From Acidimicrobiales bacterium (GTDB lineage: Bacteria > Actinomycetota > Acidimicrobiia > Acidimicrobiales > SHLQ01): a stretch of DNA of 64,000 nt. The translations under genes and the position numbers were made by a program. Positions 53,952 through 64,000 of this stretch are shown here, piece by piece; within the stretch, counting starts at the first letter, position 1; each line of letters opens with the position of its first letter. The notes under the pieces were generated by a model. It had not been told where the DNA came from, did not search any database, and worked only from the letters and a program-made list of their open reading frames with translations. Location: assembly GCA_020629635.1 (NCBI GenBank), contig JAHDCX010000007.1:65003-129002 (forward strand). The letters run 5' to 3'.

Positions 53952-56900
53952 TCACCCACCCGCAAAGCGGGCAGCGCGCTCAGCCTCACGGCGGGCGTCT
54001 TCTTCGTCCGAACCCCGTTCGGGGCGGGACAGGTCGATGCCGAGCTGTTCGGCGGTGCGGTAAATCTCGTCGTCGATCTCACGGAGTTCGACGTCGGCAC
54101 CCAACTTGTCGAGGACCTCGACGTTGAGGCACAGGGCCTGCATTTCCTTGATGAGCACCTTGAAGCTCTCCGGAATGCCTGGTTCGGGGATGTTTTCGCC
54201 CTTGACGATGGCCTCGTAGACCTTCACGCGGCCGAGAACGTCATCGGACTTGATCGTCAGCAGCTCCTGGAGGCAGTAGGCCGCGCCATATGCCTCGAGC
54301 GCCCACACTTCCATCTCACCGAAGCGCTGGCCACCGAACTGGGCCTTACCGCCGAGCGGCTGCTGGGTGATCATCGAGTACGGGCCCGTCGAGCGAGCGT
54401 GAATCTTGTCATCGACGAGGTGGGCCAGCTTCAGGATGTACATGAACCCGACGGTGATCGGGTTGTCGTACGCCTCACCGGTCCGCCCGTTGTAGAGCGT
54501 GGTCTTGCCGTCGTCCTGGATCAGGCGGGTGCCGTCGACAGACTCGGGATTCAGGTTTCGGAACACTTCCTGGATCGTCGGGTGCTTGCCGGCGAGTTCG
54601 GTCTCGTCCCACTTGGCACCGTCGAACGACGGCGTGGCGATGAGCGTGGCCGGACGGGTCGTCGGGCGAGTCTTGTACTCCGTGCCCCGAATCGGGTCGA
54701 GTCCGACCTGCTTGCCATCGATCTCCCAACCCCACCGTGCGGCATAGCCGAGGTGGGTCTCGAGGACCTGGCCCACGTTCATGCGGGACGGGACGCCGAG
54801 CGGGTTGAGGATGATGTCGACCGGGGTGCCATCGGCGAGGTGCGGCATGTCCTCGACCGGGAGAATCCGGCTGATGACGCCCTTGTTGCCGTGACGGCCA
54901 GCGAGCTTGTCACCCACGCTGATCTTGCGCTTCTGGCCGACGTAGACCCGGACGAGCTGGTTGACGCCCGGCGGGAGCTCGTGGTTGTCGTCGCGGCTGA
55001 ACACCTTGACGTCGATGACCTTGCCGGTCTCGCCGTGCGGCACCTTGAGCGACGTGTCACGAACCTCGCGGGCCTTCTCGCCGAAGATCGCCCGCAACAG
55101 ACGTTCTTCGGGGGTCAGCTCGGTCTCGCCCTTCGGCGTGACCTTGCCGACGAGCACGTCGCCCGGGTTGACCTCGGCTCCGACACGGATGATCCCGCGC
55201 TCGTCGAGGTCAGCCAGGATGTCGTCGGAGAGGTTCGGGATGTCCCGAGTGATCTCTTCGGGGCCGAGCTTCGTGTCGCGGGCATCGATCTCGTGTTCGT
55301 GGATGTGGATCGACGTGAGCACGTCGTCACGCACGAGGCGCTCCGAGAGGATGATGGCGTCCTCGAAGTTGTAACCCTCCCAGGTCATGAAGGCGACGAG
55401 GAGGTTCTTGCCGAGCGCAAGCTCGCCATGATCGGTCGAGGGGCCGTCGGCGAGGATCGCTCCGGCCTTGACCGCCTGGCCTTCGGTGGCCCGCGGCTTC
55501 TGGTTGATCGAGGTGTCCTGGTTGGACCGCTCGAACTTGAGCAGGCGGTACACCTTCTTGCCGAGCTTCTTGTACTCGACAGTCATCGAGCGACCGTCGA
55601 GTTCGGTGACGACACCGTCGTCCTCGGCGATGATCATGTTTGCGGCGTCGCGAGCAGCGCGCGCCTCGACGCCGGTCCCGATGTAGGGAGCCTCGGCAGC
55701 GATGAGCGGCACGGCCTGGCGCTGCATGTTGGCGCCCATCAGGGCCCGGTTGGCGTCGTCGTGCTCGACGAAGGGGATCAGCGCCGTTGCGATCGAGATG
55801 ATCTGCTTGGGCGAGACGTCCATCAGCTGGACTTCTTCGGGGACCACAGCCGAGATCTCGGTGGTGGCGCCGAAGAAGACGTCCTGTTCGAGCTGGAGAC
55901 GCAGGTCCTGCAGCGATGCCGCCTGCGGCGAGCGACGCACGAGCACACGGTCGTTGAGGAAGGCACCCTTGTCGTCGATCGGCGCATTGGCCTGAGCAAC
56001 GACGTATTCCTCTTCTTCATCTGCGGCGAGGTACACGATCTCGTCGGTGACCTTGCCGTTTTTGACGACTCGGTAGGGCGACTCGATGAAGCCAAACGGG
56101 TTGACCCGTCCGTACGTGGCGAGTGCGCCGATGAGGCCGATGTTCGGACCCTCGGGGGTCTCGATCGGACACATGCGGCCGTAGTGGCTGAAGTGCACGT
56201 CTCGGACCTCGAAGCCGGCACGCTCGCGGCTGAGGCCGCCCGGGCCGAGCGCCGAGAGGCGACGGCGGTGGGTCAGACCGGACAGCGGGTTGACCTGGTC
56301 CATGAACTGCGACAGCTGGGAGGTTCCGAAGAACTCCTTGATCGCCGCCACGACGGGTCGAATGTTGATCAGCGTCTGCGGGGTGATCGCCTCGACGTCC
56401 TGGGTCGTCATGCGCTCGCGCACGACCCGCTCCATGCGGGACAGACCAATGCGCACCTGGTTCTGGATCAGCTCGCCCACCGAGCGGATCCGACGGTTGG
56501 CGAAGTGGTCCTGATCGTCGAGGCGGTAGCCGGGCTCGCCCTTGGCGAGATGCAACAGGTACGAGCACGTGGCAAGCACCTCGGCCTGGCTGAGGACGGA
56601 TTGATCGACCTCAGGCCGTTCGAGCTCGAGCCCGAACAGCTCTTCGAGACGGTCCATCTCGGGACCGAGCTTGCGGTTGAGCTTGTAGCGGCCGACCCGG
56701 CTGAGGTCGTAGCGGCGTGACTCGAAGAAGGCGTTCTTGAAGTAGTTGCGGGCCGATTCAGCCGACGGCGGCTCGCCGGGGCGAGCGCGCTTGTAGATCT
56801 CGATGAGCGCCTCCTCTTGGGTCGGCGCAAGCTCGCGATCCTTCTCCCACTGGCCTTCGAGGAAATCGAAGTGGTTGACGAACCGATCGAGGAATCCGGG

Positions 56901-57548
56901 AGCGTTTTCCTCGTCGTAGCCGAGCGCACGGAGAAGCACGAAGAGGCTGAGGCGACGCTTCCGGGCGACGCGGGTGCCCGCGGTGACGTCCTTGCCCGGC
57001 TTCTGCTCGACGTCGAACTCGATCCACTCACCGCGGTAGGGGTGGATGGTGCCGGTGACGAGCTGGTGTTTGGCGAGGTTACGGAGGCGATACCGCTCAC
57101 CAGGCTGGAAGATGACGCCCGGCGAGCGGACGAGCTGGGACACGACGACACGCTCGGTGCCGTTGATCACGAAGGTGCCGCGCTCGGTCATCATGGGGAA
57201 GTCGCCCATGAAGACGGTCTGCTCTTTGATCTCGCCGGTGTTGGAGTTCATGAACCGGGCGCGCACGAAGATCGGCGCGCTGTAGGTCATGTCCTTCTCT
57301 TTGCACTCCTCCACCGAGAACTTCGGCGGCGGGCGCAGATCCTCGTCGGTGGGATCGAACTCGAGCTCGAGCTGAAGCGTCTCGGAGAAGTCCTTGATCG
57401 GGCTGATGTCTCGGAAGGTCTCGGCGAGACCCTGCTCGAGCAACCAGACGAAGGATTCTCGCTGGACGGCGATCAGATCGGGAAGTTCGAGCGCTTCGTC
57501 GATGTTTCCGAACGAATAGCGGTCGAGGGCAACAGAGCGTGACGACAC
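53952..57548 (-). CDS. rpoB: RNA polymerase beta subunit
   Basis: [30 protein letters not shown]; likely GTG start (VSSRS). Confidence 0.99.
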   Translation of the reverse strand: MSSRSVALDRYSFGNIDEALELPDLIAVQRESFVWLLEQGLAETFRDISPIKDFSETLQLELEFDPTDEDLRPPPKFSVEECKEKDMTYSAPIFVRARFMNSNTGEIKEQTVFMGDFPMMTERGTFVINGTERVVVSQLVRSPGVIFQPGERYRLRNLAKHQLVTGTIHPYRGEWIEFDVEQKPGKDVTAGTRVARKRRLSLFVLLRALGYDEENAPGFLDRFVNHFDFLEGQWEKDRELAPTQEEALIEIYKRARPGEPPSAESARNYFKNAFFESRRYDLSRVGRYKLNRKLGPEMDRLEELFGLELERPEVDQSVLSQAEVLATCSYLLHLAKGEPGYRLDDQDHFANRRIRSVGELIQNQVRIGLSRMERVVRERMTTQDVEAITPQTLINIRPVVAAIKEFFGTSQLSQFMDQVNPLSGLTHRRRLSALGPGGLSRERAGFEVRDVHFSHYGRMCPIETPEGPNIGLIGALATYGRVNPFGFIESPYRVVKNGKVTDEIVYLAADEEEEYVVAQANAPIDDKGAFLNDRVLVRRSPQAASLQDLRLQLEQDVFFGATTEISAVVPEEVQLMDVSPKQIISIATALIPFVEHDDANRALMGANMQRQAVPLIAAEAPYIGTGVEARAARDAANMIIAEDDGVVTELDGRSMTVEYKKLGKKVYRLLKFERSNQDTSINQKPRATEGQAVKAGAILADGPSTDHGELALGKNLLVAFMTWEGYNFEDAIILSERLVRDDVLTSIHIHEHEIDARDTKLGPEEITRDIPNLSDDILADLDERGIIRVGAEVNPGDVLVGKVTPKGETELTPEERLLRAIFGEKAREVRDTSLKVPHGETGKVIDVKVFSRDDNHELPPGVNQLVRVYVGQKRKISVGDKLAGRHGNKGVISRILPVEDMPHLADGTPVDIILNPLGVPSRMNVGQVLETHLGYAARWGWEIDGKQVGLDPIRGTEYKTRPTTRPATLIATPSFDGAKWDETELAGKHPTIQEVFRNLNPESVDGTRLIQDDGKTTLYNGRTGEAYDNPITVGFMYILKLAHLVDDKIHARSTGPYSMITQQPLGGKAQFGGQRFGEMEVWALEAYGAAYCLQELLTIKSDDVLGRVKVYEAIVKGENIPEPGIPESFKVLIKEMQALCLNVEVLDKLGADVELREIDDEIYRTAEQLGIDLSRPERGSDEEDARREAERAARFAGG

Positions 57549-57720
57549 GTGGTCTCCAATTTGCGACGGTGGGCGACGTCGGACAAGTGGCTGACGGGGC
57601 GCGTAGAGGGTCGCCAAAAAGGAACCGACGCCACGACAACCCGCTCAGCCTAGCGGGATTGGGCTCACTACCGCAAACGCGCAGGGGAAACAAGCACCTC
57701 CGGGGGTGCTGTTGGAGAAA

Positions 57721-57750
57721 ACGGTACCGACGACACCGGGGTCTGGTCAA
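57721..57750 (-). promoter_or_regulatory. Principal-sigma promoter for rpoBC
   Basis: TTGACC-N18-TACCGT on the minus strand, just downstream of the rplL terminator. Confidence 0.6.
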
Positions 57751-57760
57751 GCGCGACAAA

Positions 57761-57782
57761 GGTCCCGGGCGCACCCGGGACC
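57761..57782 (-). terminator. Intrinsic terminator after rplL
   Basis: Stem GGTCCCGGG/CCCGGGACC followed by TTTGT on the minus strand. Confidence 0.7.
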
Positions 57783-57812
57783 CTCATCTCGAACCTGATT
57801 GTTCGGGGTGAA

Positions 57813-58193
57813 CTACTTGAGTTCGACCGAACCGCCGGCTTCTTCGATGGCCGCCTTGGCTTTTTCGGCGTCGTCCTTCGATGCCTTCTCGAGGACGGGC
57901 TTCGGGGCGCCGTCGACGAGGTCCTTGGCGTCCTTGAGGCCGAGGCCCGTGAGCTCACGGACGACCTTGATCACGCCGATCTTCTTGTCGCCAGCGGCGG
58001 ACAAGATGACGTCGAACTCGGACTGCTCTTCGCCGCCACCGTCGCCGTCAGCAGCGGGTGCGCCAACGGCGGCCACTGCGACCGGCGCTGCGGCGGTCAC
58101 GTCGAAGCGCTCCTTGAACTCGTCCAGGAGTTCTTTGAACTCGAGGACGGTCATGCCCTCGATGCTCTCGAGAATTTCTTCCTTGGTAGCCAT
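57813..58193 (-). CDS. rplL: 50S ribosomal protein L7/L12
   Basis: [30 protein letters not shown]. Confidence 0.98.
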   Translation of the reverse strand: MATKEEILESIEGMTVLEFKELLDEFKERFDVTAAAPVAVAAVGAPAADGDGGGEEQSEFDVILSAAGDKKIGVIKVVRELTGLGLKDAKDLVDGAPKPVLEKASKDDAEKAKAAIEEAGGSVELK

Positions 58194-58195
58194 GA

Positions 58196-58918
58196 TCAGC
58201 TCTCCTCTTCTTCGGTCTCGTTGTCCGAGGTCTCTGCACCGGCCTCGTCGGCAGGTGCGTCTTCGGCGGCCTCGTCGGCTGCCTCGGTCGTGTCGTCGTC
58301 AGCTGCGGCTTCCTCTTCGGGAGCTGCGTCCTCGGGGGCGTCTGCGGCCGAGTCTGCAGGCGCAGCCTCGCCACCCGCCGGACCGCCCTTGTCGAGCAAT
58401 TCCTGGAGGGCGTAGCTGAACTCGCGGAGCTTGGCGTCGAGCAGGCCGGCGAAGTCGCCGAGCATGTACTCCATCGCGCCGGCGAACTCGGCAAGGAGCA
58501 CCTCGCGAGACGGAAGATCGGCAAGTGCCTTGATCTCCTCGACGTCGAGCATCTTGCCGTCGAGCACGCCCCCCTTGAGCACGAGCGCGTCGTTGGTCCT
58601 GGCGTACTCCTTGAGCGCCTTGGCCACCGCGGCCGCATCGCCAGCCGAACCATCAGCCTTGTCGCCGACGAAGGCGAGGGCGGTCGGGCCGGTGAGCAGC
58701 TCGTCGATGTCGAGCCCGATCTCCTGGGCTGCCAAACGCACGAGCGTGTTCTTGTAGATCTTGTATTCGCCACCCGACGGGGCGAGATTGCGACGCAGTT
58801 CGGCCATCGCCGGCACGTCGAGGCCGCGGTACTCGGTGAGCACGACGCCATCGGCGGCCTCGAGCTTTTCCTTGACCTCTGCGACCACCGCAACCTTGTC
58901 GGCTCGGGGTTCTCCCAT
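58196..58918 (-). CDS. rplJ: 50S ribosomal protein L10 with an acidic C-terminal tail
   Basis: EYRGL, YKNTL, GPTALAF, LPSREVL; ~50-aa A/D/E-rich tail. Confidence 0.97.
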   Translation of the reverse strand: MGEPRADKVAVVAEVKEKLEAADGVVLTEYRGLDVPAMAELRRNLAPSGGEYKIYKNTLVRLAAQEIGLDIDELLTGPTALAFVGDKADGSAGDAAAVAKALKEYARTNDALVLKGGVLDGKMLDVEEIKALADLPSREVLLAEFAGAMEYMLGDFAGLLDAKLREFSYALQELLDKGGPAGGEAAPADSAADAPEDAAPEEEAAADDDTTEAADEAAEDAPADEAGAETSDNETEEEES

Positions 58919-58939
58919 TGATCTGACTCCTGACGGACA

Positions 58940-59043
58940 GCCGAAGACACGACGAACATCCGGAGCGCTACCGCCTCGGCGGGGGCTCTGTCAGATCACC
59001 TGCTCAGGATTTACCGCTCGAGAGCGCACCGGAGGTCTTCGGC
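58940..59043 (-). ncRNA. L10 leader (autoregulatory RNA)
   Basis: Closing stem GCCGAAGAC/GTCTTCGGC with internal TAAA and GCAGG, directly upstream of rplJ. Confidence 0.7.
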
Positions 59044-59081
59044 AAATGCGATTTTGAACAGTGGTGAGGTTAACGCCTCGG

Positions 59082-59768
59082 TTAGAGACTTCCGACGTCG
59101 AGCTTGATGCCCGGCCCCATCGTCGACGAGATGACGGCCTTGCGGATGTACTGACCCTTTGCGCCAGCCGGCTTGAGCCGCTTCAGCTCGTCGAACACCG
59201 AGTCCAGATTGCGACCGAGATCCTCGGCGCTGAACGACACCTTGCCGATCGGCACGTGCACGTTGGCGAACTTGTCGGTGCGGAATTCGACCTTGCCACC
59301 CTTGAACTCCTCGACGGCCTTGGCGACGTCGGGCGTCACGGTGCCGGTCTTCGGGTTGGGCATCAGGCTGCGGGGGCCAAGCACCCGTCCGAGGCGACCG
59401 ACGAGCGGCATCATGTCGGGCGATGCGATCGTCACGTCGAAGTCCAACATTCCGCCCTCGATCTCGGCGGCGAGTTCGTCGGCGCCGACGAATTCTGCGC
59501 CCGCATCACGTGCAGCCTGGGCAGCGTCGCCCTGGGCGAACACCGCCACCCGCACGTCCTTGCCGGTGCCGGCAGGAAGGGCCACGGTCCCACGAATCAT
59601 CTCGTCGGCCTTGCGGGGGTCGACCCCAAGTCGCACAACCAGATCGACCGTTTCGTCGAAGCTCCGCTTCGGAAAGCCGAGCAGAACCTGCACGGCATCT
59701 CCCGACGAATGCAGACCATCTCGGTCGTAGGCCCGAAGGGCGTTTGTGTACTTCTTTGCTTGCGCCAT
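59082..59768 (-). CDS. rplA: 50S ribosomal protein L1
   Basis: [37 protein letters not shown]. Confidence 0.98.
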   Translation of the reverse strand: MAQAKKYTNALRAYDRDGLHSSGDAVQVLLGFPKRSFDETVDLVVRLGVDPRKADEMIRGTVALPAGTGKDVRVAVFAQGDAAQAARDAGAEFVGADELAAEIEGGMLDFDVTIASPDMMPLVGRLGRVLGPRSLMPNPKTGTVTPDVAKAVEEFKGGKVEFRTDKFANVHVPIGKVSFSAEDLGRNLDSVFDELKRLKPAGAKGQYIRKAVISSTMGPGIKLDVGSL

Positions 59769-59856
59769 TTCGGCTCCCTCATGTTGGGCTCACCGCAGGC
59801 GAGGTGCTCCTGCGGTGGCGCTGGTGAAACGGGCCGGAGCCCGTACGGTCCAGACG

Positions 59857-60282
59857 TCAGACGACGTCGATGCCCATCGAGCGGGCGGTGCCTTCGACCT
59901 GGAGCTTTGCCGCCTCGATGTCGTTGGCGTTGAGGTCGGGCATCTTGATCTCAGCGATCTCGGTGACCTGCGCCATCGTGATCGACCCGGCCGTCTCGCG
60001 GCCCGGGTTGTTGGCCGCCTTGTCGAGACCGGCGGCCTTGCGGATCAAGAACGGCGTGGGCGGCGTCTTCATGATGAACGAGAACGTGCGGTCCTCGTAG
60101 ATCGTGATCTCGACCGGAATGATCTGGCCGCGCTTGTCCTCGGTCTTCGCGTTGTAGTCCTTGCAGAAGTCCATGATCGCCACGCCGTGCGGGCCGAGCG
60201 CGGTACCGACCGGCGGCGCGGGCGACGCCTGCCCCGCGGGGATCTGGATCTTCACGATTGCAGAGACTTGCTTCTTGGCCAT
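59857..60282 (-). CDS. rplK: 50S ribosomal protein L11
   Basis: [28 protein letters not shown]. Confidence 0.98.
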   Translation of the reverse strand: MAKKQVSAIVKIQIPAGQASPAPPVGTALGPHGVAIMDFCKDYNAKTEDKRGQIIPVEITIYEDRTFSFIMKTPPTPFLIRKAAGLDKAANNPGRETAGSITMAQVTEIAEIKMPDLNANDIEAAKLQVEGTARSMGIDVV

Positions 60283-60327
60283 GGTGATTCCTGAAAGAGA
60301 GATGTGGTCGGAGACCGACGAGCGAGT

Positions 60328-61161
60328 CTACAGCCGCGCGATCTGGGAAAACTCCAGCTCGACCGGAGTTTCGCGACCGAAAATGTTGACGAGGACCTTG
60401 ACCTTGAGCTGGTCCTCGTTGATCTCGACGATCTCGCCGGAGAAGTCGGCGAAGGGGCCTTCCTTGACTCGCACCGTCTCGCCCATTTCGTACTCGAGTC
60501 GAGCCTTCGACCGCTTGGCCGGGGTGGCGGGGGCACCCTCTTCTTTGACCTGGAGGAAGTTCTCGACCTCTCGGCGCAACAACGGCGAGGGCTTCCCGCC
60601 CGAGCCGACGAAGTTCACGACAGACGGCGTGTTTCGGATGACGTACCACGCGTCGTCGTCGAGGTGTGCCCGGACCAAGAGGTATCCGGGGAACATCTTC
60701 TTCTGGACGACGACCTTCTTGCCGTTGCGGAACTCGACCACGTCTTCCATGGGGATGACGGACTCGTAGATCCGCTCCTCCATGCCCATCGAGGCGATCC
60801 GAGCGGCGAGGTTCTGCTGCGCCTTCTTCTCGTGGCCGCTCTGGGTGTGGACCACGTACCAACGACCCGGACGGTCGAAGGGAGATTCGACCTTGGGCGG
60901 CGCTTCTTCGTCGAAGAGCTCATCCTCGTCGAGGACTTCGTCGATCTCGCTCTCGGCGTCGGCCACGACGGAGTCGGCCGGCTCGGACGCGTCGTCGGAT
61001 TCGGCGGCTGGTGTCTCCTCGCCAGCCACCGCAACGTCGTCTGCAGCGGCCTCGGGCACCGTTTCGTCTGCGGCCGTCGCCGCGGGCTCGGCCGACTCGG
61101 CGGCAGCCTCGACCTCGACGTCGCTCATGGTGTCGGGGGTGATGTCGGTGGTGTCGCTCAT
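60328..61161 (-). CDS. nusG: Transcription factor NusG with an acidic N-terminal extension
   Basis: WYVVHTQSGHE, MFPGYLLV, KOW GPFADFSG, IFGRETPVEL; start overlaps the secE stop. Confidence 0.96.
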   Translation of the reverse strand: MSDTTDITPDTMSDVEVEAAAESAEPAATAADETVPEAAADDVAVAGEETPAAESDDASEPADSVVADAESEIDEVLDEDELFDEEAPPKVESPFDRPGRWYVVHTQSGHEKKAQQNLAARIASMGMEERIYESVIPMEDVVEFRNGKKVVVQKKMFPGYLLVRAHLDDDAWYVIRNTPSVVNFVGSGGKPSPLLRREVENFLQVKEEGAPATPAKRSKARLEYEMGETVRVKEGPFADFSGEIVEINEDQLKVKVLVNIFGRETPVELEFSQIARL

Positions 61162-61559
61162 GATGACGGGGGCCTGAAGAGTTCGAGGATGGACGACGAG
61201 AAGGCCCAATCGAGCAGGCCGATCATGATGGTCAGGACGATCACGGTCACGAGGACGACGATCGAGTAGTTGATCACCTCTGCTCGCGTGGGCCACGAGA
61301 CCTTGCGAAGTTCGGACCGTACCTCGCGCATGAACTGCATCGGGCTGGTGCGCTCGACCGGCTCGGCAGCAGCTTGGCGCTTTCGCTTGCCGTCGTCACC
61401 GCCACCCGCATCCGAGGTCGTGACACGACTCCCCGACCCCGAGCCGCCGCTCGCGGTCTTCGTCCGGGACTTGGTCGCGACGACCTGGCCGTCCGCGTCG
61501 ACCTCTTGGCCCTGCTTCTTCAGCATGCGCCGCTGCTCGCGGTTCATCGGTTGGGACAC
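61158..61559 (-). CDS. secE: Preprotein translocase subunit SecE
   Basis: FMREVRSELRKVSWPTR plus one TM segment; lies between tRNA-Trp and nusG; start is GTG 61559 or ATG 61547. Confidence 0.92.
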   Translation of the reverse strand: MSQPMNREQRRMLKKQGQEVDADGQVVATKSRTKTASGGSGSGSRVTTSDAGGGDDGKRKRQAAAEPVERTSPMQFMREVRSELRKVSWPTRAEVINYSIVVLVTVIVLTIMIGLLDWAFSSSILELFRPPSS

Positions 61560-61593
61560 GATCGCCCTCTCGTCTCGAGTGGATGGGGACTTG

Positions 61594-61666
61594 CAGGGCG
61601 TGAGGGACTCGAACCCGCAACCCCCGGTTTTGGAGACCGGTGCTCTACCAATTGAGCTAACGCCCT
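61594..61666 (-). tRNA. tRNA-Trp (CCA)
   Basis: AGGGCGTTAGCTCAATTGGTAGAGCACCGGTCTCCAAAACCGG...GGTTCGAGTCCC...ACGCCCTG cloverleaf. Confidence 0.97.
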
Positions 61667-61758
61667 GAGTTCGCAATTGAACGTACAGACGTTACCAGCG
61701 AGGTTTGCGAAACGTCGCGCAGCTGGCATGCTTGGACGCCGAGCCCACGGCTCACCCT

Positions 61759-61831
61759 GCTCCCTTAGCTCAGTCGGTAGAGCGTCTCCATGGTAAGGAG
61801 AAGGTCGACAGTTCGATTCTGTCAGGGAGCT
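61759..61831 (+). tRNA. tRNA-Thr (GGT)
   Basis: Acceptor stem GCTCCCT/AGGGAGC; anticodon arm TCTCC-ATGGTAA-GGAGA; T-loop TTCGATT. Confidence 0.96.
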
Positions 61832-61855
61832 CGCAGCCTCACCTCGAGGCATCGC

Positions 61856-61932
61856 GGCGACGTAGCTCAGTTGGTAAGAGCGCTCGACTCATAATCGAGA
61901 GGTCGACAGTTCAAGTCTGTCCGTCGCTACCA
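61856..61932 (+). tRNA. tRNA-Met (CAT), elongator type
   Basis: Acceptor stem GGCGACG/CGTCGCT; anticodon arm CTCGA-CTCATAA-TCGAG; encoded CCA; lacks the three initiator G-C pairs. Confidence 0.92.
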
Positions 61933-61946
61933 CGCCAGGCTGGGTC

Positions 61947-61977
61947 GTTTTGCTCATTCTCGCTGGGTGAGCAAAAC
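61947..61977 (+). terminator. Hairpin after the Thr-Met tRNA pair
   Basis: 10-bp inverted repeat GTTTTGCTCA...TGAGCAAAAC. Confidence 0.5.
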
Positions 61978-62015
61978 ACCCTCAGGCCGGCACGGCCAGT
62001 GCCGAAAACTCGGTT

Positions 62016-63269
62016 GTGTGGATTGACCGGATCGTCACCGAACTTCCGACTGGCCCAGAGATCGTCGACCTTCATCAACGGTTGACGGTGATCTCGAGCA
62101 CCGACGATCGTCGGCGCCGCGATGCCTACGAGCGCATCGTCCGTGCACTCCGTGTGCACCAGGGCACGCAGATCGAGATCCGGACCGACTACGGCGAGTC
62201 CGTCGTTGCAAGCCGCCCATCGGGCCGCCCCGCTGCGCTGATCGACGCCACCACCCATGCCCCCATCCCCCACGATCGTGGAGGCCTCGGCATCATCGGC
62301 CAGGTCAACGACCCTCACGCGATGGAGGGGCACCTCGCGACGCTCCACGTCACGCCGTTGTCACTCCAACAGCGCGCCCACGACGACGCTGCGGCCATCG
62401 ACCTCGCGCAGCGCCCCCTCGATCAGCTCTGGGAGGTCGCCATCCAGCTCCAAGCCGATCGGGACAAGCTCAACACGGCGATCAACAAGCACTCGGACCT
62501 CGACGCGGCGGCGCGTGAACGACAGAGCCGCGAGGCCTCGGTCGATGAGTTTCTCGCCCAGCAACAGGAGTCGGCCAAGAAGGCACAGCTGTTCTTCATC
62601 GTCGCTGGTGTGGTCGCGCTGCTCGGCGTCGCGTCGGTTCTGCTGATCAACACCTTGCTCGGGCTTTTGATGATTCTCGCGGGAGCGGGTGTGGCGGTCA
62701 CCGCCTGGTACATCGGCCAAGAAGCCGAGGAGCTCGACGAGGAGCTGCCCGACACTGCGCTCGGCGTCCAGCTCGGGCGGGTCGACGAACTCTTCGACTC
62801 GGTGTCGGCCGGCAGAAACCAACGGTCCGCACAAGAAACCCTCCACGTCAACGAGCAGCGGTGGGCAGAACTCGCCGGCCCGAATGCCGATCCGATGGTC
62901 CTGCTCCGAGAGCGGACCCGAATCGAAGAGCTCGCCAACAACATTCGATTCATCGCAGACGTTCCCGCTCCCGCCGAGGCCGACCCGACGATTCTGCTCG
63001 GCTTTGCGTCACTGCTCGCCGAGTTGTCTCGCCGCTTTCCCGCCGAACGAGTGCCGCTGCTCATCGACGACCTCTTCGTCAATGTGCACCCGGCATATCA
63101 CGGCGCACTTCGAGAGCTCATCGTGCGGGCATCGCATCGCCGCCAGGTGGTGGTCGAGACCGCCGACCTCGACGCCTGCACCTGGGCGGCGACCGAGGCC
63201 ATCGCCGGCAACGCACTGCTCATCACCGACCAAAGCGTCGCAACCGACGCGGGTACCGCCGCTGCGTGA
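62016..63269 (+). CDS. Membrane-anchored coiled-coil protein resembling a degenerate YhaN/SMC-like ATPase
   Basis: SMC-head-like N-terminus without Walker A; two central TM helices; VPLLIDDLFVNV...RQVVVET Walker B/H-loop-like C-terminus. Confidence 0.6.
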   Translation: MWIDRIVTELPTGPEIVDLHQRLTVISSTDDRRRRDAYERIVRALRVHQGTQIEIRTDYGESVVASRPSGRPAALIDATTHAPIPHDRGGLGIIGQVNDPHAMEGHLATLHVTPLSLQQRAHDDAAAIDLAQRPLDQLWEVAIQLQADRDKLNTAINKHSDLDAAARERQSREASVDEFLAQQQESAKKAQLFFIVAGVVALLGVASVLLINTLLGLLMILAGAGVAVTAWYIGQEAEELDEELPDTALGVQLGRVDELFDSVSAGRNQRSAQETLHVNEQRWAELAGPNADPMVLLRERTRIEELANNIRFIADVPAPAEADPTILLGFASLLAELSRRFPAERVPLLIDDLFVNVHPAYHGALRELIVRASHRRQVVVETADLDACTWAATEAIAGNALLITDQSVATDAGTAAA

Positions 63270-63293
63270 GCCACCCAGGAGTAGCCTCGCGGA

Positions 63294-63809
63294 GTGGACA
63301 TCCGTCTCGCTGAACTTCGTGACGCCGAGGCCATCGCCGCGATCTACAACGTCGAGGTCCTCGAATCGACGGCGACCTTCGACCTCCGCCCGCGGACGCT
63401 CGACGAACAGCGCACCTGGCTGCTGGAGCGATCCGGAGCCCATGCGGTGATCGTGGCCGACGATGATGGCGACATCGTCGGTTTTGCGTCGTTGTCGCCC
63501 TTTCGTGCTCGGCCGGCGTACTCGACAACCGTCGAGAACTCGATCTATGTGCACCGAGGTCACCGACGGCGCGGCATTGCGCTGGCGCTGATGGACGAGC
63601 TGATCACCACGGCGCGCCAGCACGGATTCCACTCGATGATCGCGAGAATCGCGGACGGCCAGCCCGCCTCCGTGGGCCTCCACGAGGCGGTCGGCTTCAC
63701 GCTTGTGGGTGTCGAACGCGAGGTCGGCCGCAAGTTCAACCGTTGGCTCGACGTGTCGGTCATGCAGTTGCTGCTCGAGCCCACCGCCGAACCTCCGCAG
63801 GTCGACTAG
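63294..63809 (+). CDS. GNAT acetyltransferase (phosphinothricin/methionine-sulfoximine acetyltransferase family)
   Basis: IAAIYN...STATF, TVENSIYV, RRRGI, SVGLHEAVGF, VGRKFNRWLD. Confidence 0.92.
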   Translation: MDIRLAELRDAEAIAAIYNVEVLESTATFDLRPRTLDEQRTWLLERSGAHAVIVADDDGDIVGFASLSPFRARPAYSTTVENSIYVHRGHRRRGIALALMDELITTARQHGFHSMIARIADGQPASVGLHEAVGFTLVGVEREVGRKFNRWLDVSVMQLLLEPTAEPPQVD

Positions 63810-63822
63810 TTTCACTGGCCGA

Positions 63823-64000
63823 ATGCGAATCCTCATCGTTGGTGAAGGCAAGAGCGGAACAACGGCGCTGCTCCGAAGCGTGTCGAGCGCGTTCGGCGAC
63901 CCCGACGAAGTCTTCGAACCTGCCGACATCTCGACCCTCGACGACAACGGACCGGTGGTCGTCAAGAAGTTGCTGCACACCTGGACCGACGCCGAGACCG
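63823..64000 (+). CDS. Probable sulfotransferase-fold protein (3' end truncated by the window)
   Basis: My translation: MRILIVGEGKSGTTALLRS...EVFEP...VVVKKL; absent from the ORF track because there is no stop in the window. Confidence 0.55.
   Translation, partial: MRILIVGEGKSGTTALLRSVSSAFGDPDEVFEPADISTLDDNGPVVVKKLLHTWTDAET

Noticed and set aside
56240-56335. Rifampicin-resistant RpoB
   Set aside because: Key cluster I residues (equivalents of Q513, D516, H526, R529, S531) are all conserved
59769-59856. L1-binding regulatory site between rplK and rplA
   Set aside because: Hairpins are present (CACCGCAGG/CCTGCGGTG), but I could not match the L1-binding internal loop well enough to call it
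61932-64000. Integrated element at the tRNA-Met 3' end
   Set aside because: No integrase, no visible att duplication and no compositional shift within the window

Overview
High-GC actinobacterial chromosome segment, most likely Acidimicrobiia (inferred from RpoB/RpoC, IleRS and gene order). Housekeeping content: cbs-metB, ileS, class Ia nrdAB, aroQ, pyc, ino1, the secE-nusG-rplKAJL-rpoBC cluster and three tRNAs (Trp, Thr, Met). The main accessory feature is a ~16 kb cell-surface glycan locus (33.4-50 kb). It holds two sulfotransferase domains (one fused to a PssE-type glycosyltransferase), PssD, a GT2, a kinase-like protein, a Wzy/O-antigen-ligase-like protein, rmlAB without rmlCD, a degenerate Wzc-type protein, two divergently transcribed GH26 hydrolases and an SLC13/TrkA-C anion transporter. 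Together these look like a sulfated exopolysaccharide system; a Wzm/Wzt exporter lies 12 kb away. Other notable points: RpoC has lost 3 of the 4 cysteines of its second zinc site; a soluble NIT-GGDEF-EAL protein; a long structured nrdA leader; a perfect 24-bp inverted-repeat element; a 43-bp hairpin tandem array; an orphan Tad-type adhesin; and an ATPase-dead YhaN/SMC-like membrane protein. I found no CRISPR array, rRNA, transposase or prophage. All calls come from reading motifs by eye; no database searches were run.
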